Below, in pieces: positions 59,825-64,000 of a stretch of DNA of 64,000 bases. How positions within the stretch are numbered: position 1 is the first letter of the stretch; each line of letters begins with the position of its first letter. Made by a program: the position numbers and the translations under genes. Under the pieces are notes generated by a model that did no database searches, was not told where the DNA came from, and saw nothing but the letters and a program-made list of their open reading frames with translations. The DNA comes from Candidatus Kapaibacterium sp. (GTDB lineage Bacteria > Bacteroidota > Ignavibacteria > Kapaibacteriales > UBA2268): assembly GCA_026418625.1 (NCBI GenBank), contig JAOABA010000015.1, positions 11,017 through 75,016 of the forward strand, read 5' to 3'.

Positions 59825-60700
59825 ATGTCAGTTATTAGTGAAATAATGGAAATTCAGGAATTTGCTACACTTCCTCCGGTGGCAGCAAAAGTATTAATGT
59901 TACTCGAAAACGATGATGTTGATATTCGTGATATTTCTCACGTTATCGAAACTGATGCATCATTAACGATGAAATTGCTCAGAGTAGCAAATTCACCGAT
60001 TTATGCTATCAGGACTCAGATAAGTAGCATCCATCAGGCAATTTTAACTCTCGGATTGAACAGATTAACAAATATAGTCATTGGTGTTTCTATTTTTTCG
60101 CGTTTTTTGATGAACACTCAAAAACAAGCAATGGAATTTATGGAAAAATTCTGGTGGCATTCTTCCTGCACTGGTGTAGTAGCGAAAGTCTTATCTGGAA
60201 AGCTGAAAAAACAATATAAAGAATACGAATTTATTGGTGGATTGCTCCACGATATCGGTAAGCTGGCTATGGTTCAATACAATTCAGGGTTATACTTAGA
60301 TGTTCTAAGGTTAATCAACGAAGAAAAATATATTGATGTTGATGCCGAAGTAAAAATTTTCGGTGTTGACCATTTGGAAGTCGGTGAGAAAATTTTCCAT
60401 CTCTGGAAACTTCCAGCGGAAATGTCTTATATTGTCTCGCATCACTCTAAAATTGAAGAATTAAACCAATCCCAAGAACTTGTTGCTATAATTAGGGTTG
60501 CCGATTTGCTCTGCGAAATGTGGGGTGCAGAAATTGGCGAGGGCTTGGAGCAAATCAAAATCAGCGAGGATATCTCTTGGAAAATTCTATGTGCAAAAAA
60601 TCCTGATCTCGCTGAAATGGACGTCGAGAAATTCACATTTGATTTAGAAAACGAATTCAAAAAATCGAAAGAGTTCCTAAATCTCCTTGTTCAGGAATAA
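59825..60700 (+). CDS. HDOD domain protein
   Basis: TLPPVA, D.SLTMKLLRVANS, FWWHS, GLLHDIGKL, DH..VG..W.LP. Confidence 0.93.
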   Translation: MSVISEIMEIQEFATLPPVAAKVLMLLENDDVDIRDISHVIETDASLTMKLLRVANSPIYAIRTQISSIHQAILTLGLNRLTNIVIGVSIFSRFLMNTQKQAMEFMEKFWWHSSCTGVVAKVLSGKLKKQYKEYEFIGGLLHDIGKLAMVQYNSGLYLDVLRLINEEKYIDVDAEVKIFGVDHLEVGEKIFHLWKLPAEMSYIVSHHSKIEELNQSQELVAIIRVADLLCEMWGAEIGEGLEQIKISEDISWKILCAKNPDLAEMDVEKFTFDLENEFKKSKEFLNLLVQE

Positions 60701-60823
60701 TAGATTTTTTAGTCTGCCATAACAAATAACAACAACTTGCATTAGTTTTATCAATTATATTTGAAAAACAAGCAAGGTTGTTTGTTCCACCTTTTTGAAT
60801 GTCATTCCATTAAAAAATAATCT

Positions 60824-60854
60824 TTTGAAAAATTATAAGCTTTTAGTAAGTTTG
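60824..60854 (+). promoter_or_regulatory. Candidate Bacteroidota-type primary-sigma promoter upstream of the cassette array
   Basis: TTTG (60824-60827), 19 nt, then TAAGTTTG (60847-60854), matching the -33/-7 consensus TTTG-N19-21-TAnnTTTG. The AT-rich background makes a chance match possible. Confidence 0.4.
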
Positions 60855-61015
60855 ATAGTTATTAATAATTTATATAATAAGTAAAAAAAAATTGCTATAA
60901 TAAATTGGGTTAATAAAAAAGTAGATTTATAAAGTTTGAGCAATAAAATTATTTTTTTTGAATTGAGTATAATTGGGTGTTATAGGTTATTGTAAAACAA
61001 CACGTGTTAAAAAAA

Positions 61016-61987
61016 ATGGCAAAGACATCATTTTGGGATATAATAGAAAAAACAATAGAAAAAGTTGGGACACCCCTTTCTGCAAAAGAAATATGGGAGA
61101 AAGCAAATGAACTTGGAACACTTGGTGACTTTTCAACTACTGGTAAGACTCCTTGGGCGACTATAGCTGCATATTGCTATACAGATATCAATAAGAATGG
61201 TGACAACTCAATTATAATTCAAACTAGTGAAAGGCCTGCTCAGTTCTTTTTAAGACGCCTTGCAAAAAAAATAGACATACATAAAGCCCAAAATCAAAAA
61301 GACACAAAAATTACAAAAAAGGAAAAGCTAGAAACTAAAAAATTCAATGAAAGAGACCTACATCCACTGTTGGTAGCCTATGCTTTTGGAGACAGTCATT
61401 TCAAAGCAAACCTAAAGACAATTTTCCACGAATACTCTTCAAAAGCTACAAAAGGACAAAATGAGTGGTTACATCCTGACTTAGTTGGCGTGTATTTTCC
61501 ATTTCGTGACTACAAGCCTGAAACACTTGAAATCCAAAACCATTTGTCAATAACATCTATAAAGCTGTTTTCTTTTGAATTGAAAGTTTCCTTGAACTTT
61601 GGCAACTTACGACAATCATACTTTCAAGCCGTTTCTAATTCAAGCTGGGCAAATGAAGGGTACTTAGTGACACTTTACATTGACGATGACCCGACTTTTA
61701 AAGATGAAGTAAGACGACTTAACAACGCATTTGGAATTGGAATAATAAGACTAAACCCTGAGAATATTTTTGAGAGTGAAATACTTTTCCCTTCAAGAAT
61801 AAATCAAGAAATTGACTGGGATTCTGTAAACCGACTTGCAAACGAAAACTCGGACTTTAATGACTTTTTAAAATTGATAACAGAGGACTGTAAACTTGGT
61901 AAAGTTAAAAGTCAATACGACAAGGTTATGAAAATGGAAGAACTAACAAAATATATCAAGGACAAAGGAATAAATAACGCAGAATAA
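61016..61987 (+). CDS. HARE-HTH + PD-(D/E)xK nuclease-like protein (COG2958 / HrgA-like)
   Basis: GKTPWATIAA HARE-HTH motif, ERDLHPLL, WLHPDLVG, FSFELK and YFQAVSNSSWANEGYLV. Confidence 0.82.
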   Translation: MAKTSFWDIIEKTIEKVGTPLSAKEIWEKANELGTLGDFSTTGKTPWATIAAYCYTDINKNGDNSIIIQTSERPAQFFLRRLAKKIDIHKAQNQKDTKITKKEKLETKKFNERDLHPLLVAYAFGDSHFKANLKTIFHEYSSKATKGQNEWLHPDLVGVYFPFRDYKPETLEIQNHLSITSIKLFSFELKVSLNFGNLRQSYFQAVSNSSWANEGYLVTLYIDDDPTFKDEVRRLNNAFGIGIIRLNPENIFESEILFPSRINQEIDWDSVNRLANENSDFNDFLKLITEDCKLGKVKSQYDKVMKMEELTKYIKDKGINNAE

Positions 61988-62108
61988 CACGAGTTTCTCG
62001 ATAGGTGGGTTAACGAACAAATTTGATGTTTTTTTATTCTATTAAGGTCCTTATTTGAAAGTGAAGTGCTCCGAAATCCCCTACTGTTACAAGTGGCAAA
62101 CGTTAGGG
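61982..62108 (+). repeat. attC-like recombination site 1
   Basis: GAATAAC overlaps the stop codon (TAAC 61985-61988), there is an inner imperfect pair TAGGTGGGTT / AAATCCCCTA, and the site ends in GTTAGGG (62102-62108). Confidence 0.6.
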
Positions 62109-62146
62109 GCAACTATCGCACGATACTTTAACAATCAAAATATCGA

Positions 62147-63400
62147 ATGACAAGAAAAGGAAATAGAAGAAACGGACAACCAATTTTAATACGTGACAAT
62201 AAGTCAAACGGTCTTGAACGTATTCCATTGGATGCAAAAACATTTAACGAGGACTGGATACAAAAACTTATTAACAACAACCCAGAAATTTTACCGATTA
62301 ATGAAATTGACTCAGCATTTACTCCAGTAATTTCAATCGGCAGAGAAATTTCAACAACTGCTGGTTACATTGACAATTTATTTATTTCCCCAGAAGGTTA
62401 CTTAACGATTGTAGAAACAAAACTTTGGAGAAATCCTGAAGCAAGACGAGAAGTTGTAGGACAAATTCTTGATTACGCAAAAGAGTTAAACAAATGGAGT
62501 TTTACAGACCTTGACAATGCTGTAAAACTTTACAATCAAACATACAACAAGAATTCTGACGGACTTATAACGACAGTGAAAAAATTCAACGAGCTTGATG
62601 AAGCTGACGAGAGTTATTTCATTGACAACGTGAGCAGAAATTTAAAGCGAGGACGTTTTTTGCTTTTAATCGTTGGTGACGGCATTCGTGAAAGTTTGGA
62701 AGAAATGGTTGAGTATTTGACACAGACACCACAACTTTATTTTACGTTAGCATTAGTTGAGTTACTAGTTTACAAACTCAATCAAGACGATAGTTCACTA
62801 ATTGTTATTCCGCAACTCGTTACGCGGACTAGAGAGATTACGAGAGCAATCGTGAAAATTGAAGGCAGCTATACTGCTGACTTGAAAGTAAGCATTAAAA
62901 CTGACTTAGGAACAGAAAGCACTAAGCAACAAAATCAAAGTTACAAGCGGCTTACTATTACAGCAGAGGACTTTTTTGAACAACTTGCATATAACACAAA
63001 CAAAGAAACAGTTGACTTTGCACAACAAGTAATCAAGGACAGCGAAGAACTTGGACTATACATTGAGTGGAACTCTGGCAGTTTCAGTATTAAACTTCCC
63101 GACCCACAAGGAAGTGGAATAAAAATTGGAATTGTAAACATTGACAGAGGAGGACTTTTTTACTTGGGTTATTCAAGAGGACAGTTTGAGAAATTACAAC
63201 TGCCATTAGAAATCTGTTACAGTTTTGCTGCCGACACAGCTAAACTACTTCCGGGCATTAAACAACGTCCTGACAAACCACACATTTGGAACAAGTATTC
63301 AACCATTGGCGACCTCAAAAAAGTTTATCCTCAATTTATGGAAAGAGTAAAGAAATATATTGATGACATTATCAACGAAGGACAGAAAATCAGCCACTGA
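62147..63400 (+). CDS. NucS/EndoMS-like (DUF91) PD-(D/E)xK nuclease domain protein
   Basis: EDWIQKLI...IGRE...GYIDNLF...IVETKLWRNPEARREVVGQILDYA. Confidence 0.75.
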   Translation: MTRKGNRRNGQPILIRDNKSNGLERIPLDAKTFNEDWIQKLINNNPEILPINEIDSAFTPVISIGREISTTAGYIDNLFISPEGYLTIVETKLWRNPEARREVVGQILDYAKELNKWSFTDLDNAVKLYNQTYNKNSDGLITTVKKFNELDEADESYFIDNVSRNLKRGRFLLLIVGDGIRESLEEMVEYLTQTPQLYFTLALVELLVYKLNQDDSSLIVIPQLVTRTREITRAIVKIEGSYTADLKVSIKTDLGTESTKQQNQSYKRLTITAEDFFEQLAYNTNKETVDFAQQVIKDSEELGLYIEWNSGSFSIKLPDPQGSGIKIGIVNIDRGGLFYLGYSRGQFEKLQLPLEICYSFAADTAKLLPGIKQRPDKPHIWNKYSTIGDLKKVYPQFMERVKKYIDDIINEGQKISH

Positions 63401-63522
63401 CATATGTTTCACATCAGGTTGGGTAACTTGATTCAAATGATAATTTATTGGTTAATTAAATCGCAGATCTTTTTTTTGACAAATTATGCTAAAAAATCCG
63501 CCACTAAGCCAAGAAGTTAATG
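63393..63522 (+). repeat. attC-like recombination site 2 (degenerate)
   Basis: GCCACTGAC overlaps the stop codon, there is an inner pair GGTTGGGT / ATCCGCC, and the site ends in GTTAATG (63516-63522). Confidence 0.5.
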
Positions 63523-63556
63523 GTCAATCAAAATATTAAAACAAATAATCAGCTTT

Positions 63557-64000
63557 ATGCCAAAAATAACATTTATATTTATTATAATTTCGTATTTGAC
63601 GGTTAACTTATTTGGACAACAATGTGATTCTTGTAAAAAGGAATTTGATATCCTATTCGTAATTAAAGAAAAGCCGAAAATCAGCCAAACGGATTTGGAG
63701 AACAGTTGGCAGATTACTCAAAAACTCTATGATCTTGGTTACACTGATTACATTGACAGTGTCGCCAATCGAACTTCATTTGTATCTCATAGTCTGACCA
63801 GAACATTTTCTGATATCTGCATAAAGGCTGGAGGCAATTTAGGCGTTGATTATTATTTAAGCTATTTGCTGTTTACCAATGGTTCGGCTGAGGAAGAACG
63901 TTCCTTTGCTCTTGAGAGATTATTTGTGAAATTTCCGGAAATTGTTCTGGAGAAAATAGGGAATGACTATGATTTACTTAACGATTTAACTTGGGGCTTC
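63557..64000 (+). CDS. Hypothetical exported protein (3'-truncated, missing from the ORF track)
   Basis: ATG at 63557 is open for 148 codons to the window end: MPKITFIFIIISYLTVNLFGQQCDSCKKE... with a signal-peptide-like N-terminus. Confidence 0.7.
   Translation, partial: MPKITFIFIIISYLTVNLFGQQCDSCKKEFDILFVIKEKPKISQTDLENSWQITQKLYDLGYTDYIDSVANRTSFVSHSLTRTFSDICIKAGGNLGVDYYLSYLLFTNGSAEEERSFALERLFVKFPEIVLEKIGNDYDLLNDLTWGF

Larger units (their letters stand above)
60979..64000 (+). mobile_element. Integron-like gene cassette array with no integrase in the window (CALIN-like)
   Basis: Three co-oriented ORFs, each preceded by a GTTA core and separated by ~125-130 bp imperfect palindromes running from T(A/G)AC to GTTA. 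Confidence 0.65.

Noticed and set aside
60728-60786. Imperfect inverted repeat after the HDOD gene considered as an attC site
   Set aside because: ACAACTTGC / GCAAGGTTGT lies ~190 bp from the first cassette core and lacks the inner motif of the other two spacers. It is more likely a weak terminator.
61912-62112. 66-aa minus-strand ORF across the first cassette spacer
   Set aside because: It coincides with the attC-like palindrome and the end of the nuclease gene, and has no coding features.
61016-63400. Classical restriction-modification system or prophage
   Set aside because: No DNA methyltransferase, specificity subunit, integrase or phage structural genes are present in the window.

Overview
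AT-rich chromosomal window from an FCB-group bacterium. The T9SS C-terminal sorting domains and gene content suggest Kapabacteria/Ignavibacteria, which is an inference. Most of it is housekeeping and envelope genes: ftsY, speA, metG, fbp, rlpA, a mannose-1-P guanylyltransferase, a LolC/E permease, PhoD, TDO plus a kynureninase-like enzyme, an AttEFGH-like ABC system, two histidine kinases and three T9SS cargo proteins. I found no rRNA, tRNA, CRISPR array, transposase or integrase. Five things stand out. (1) An uncharacterised envelope locus at 16.7-23.7 kb: a GldM/PorM-like single-pass protein with a Glu inside its membrane helix, two paralogous outer-membrane beta-barrel-like proteins and a vWA-OmpA protein. 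(2) An integron-like cassette array with attC-like sites and no integrase at 61-64 kb, carrying two PD-(D/E)xK nucleases. (3) A family of ~240-250 bp palindromic composite repeats in two mutually inverted tandem arrays (2.0-2.8 kb and 52.0-52.9 kb) plus a solo copy at 31.7 kb, with compensatory base changes. (4) A glycogen-synthase homologue that has lost its catalytic motifs, in an operon with a lipoprotein, a beta-barrel and fbp. (5) A T9SS adhesin followed by a pilin-like protein. All functional calls come from motif recognition by eye; no searches were run.
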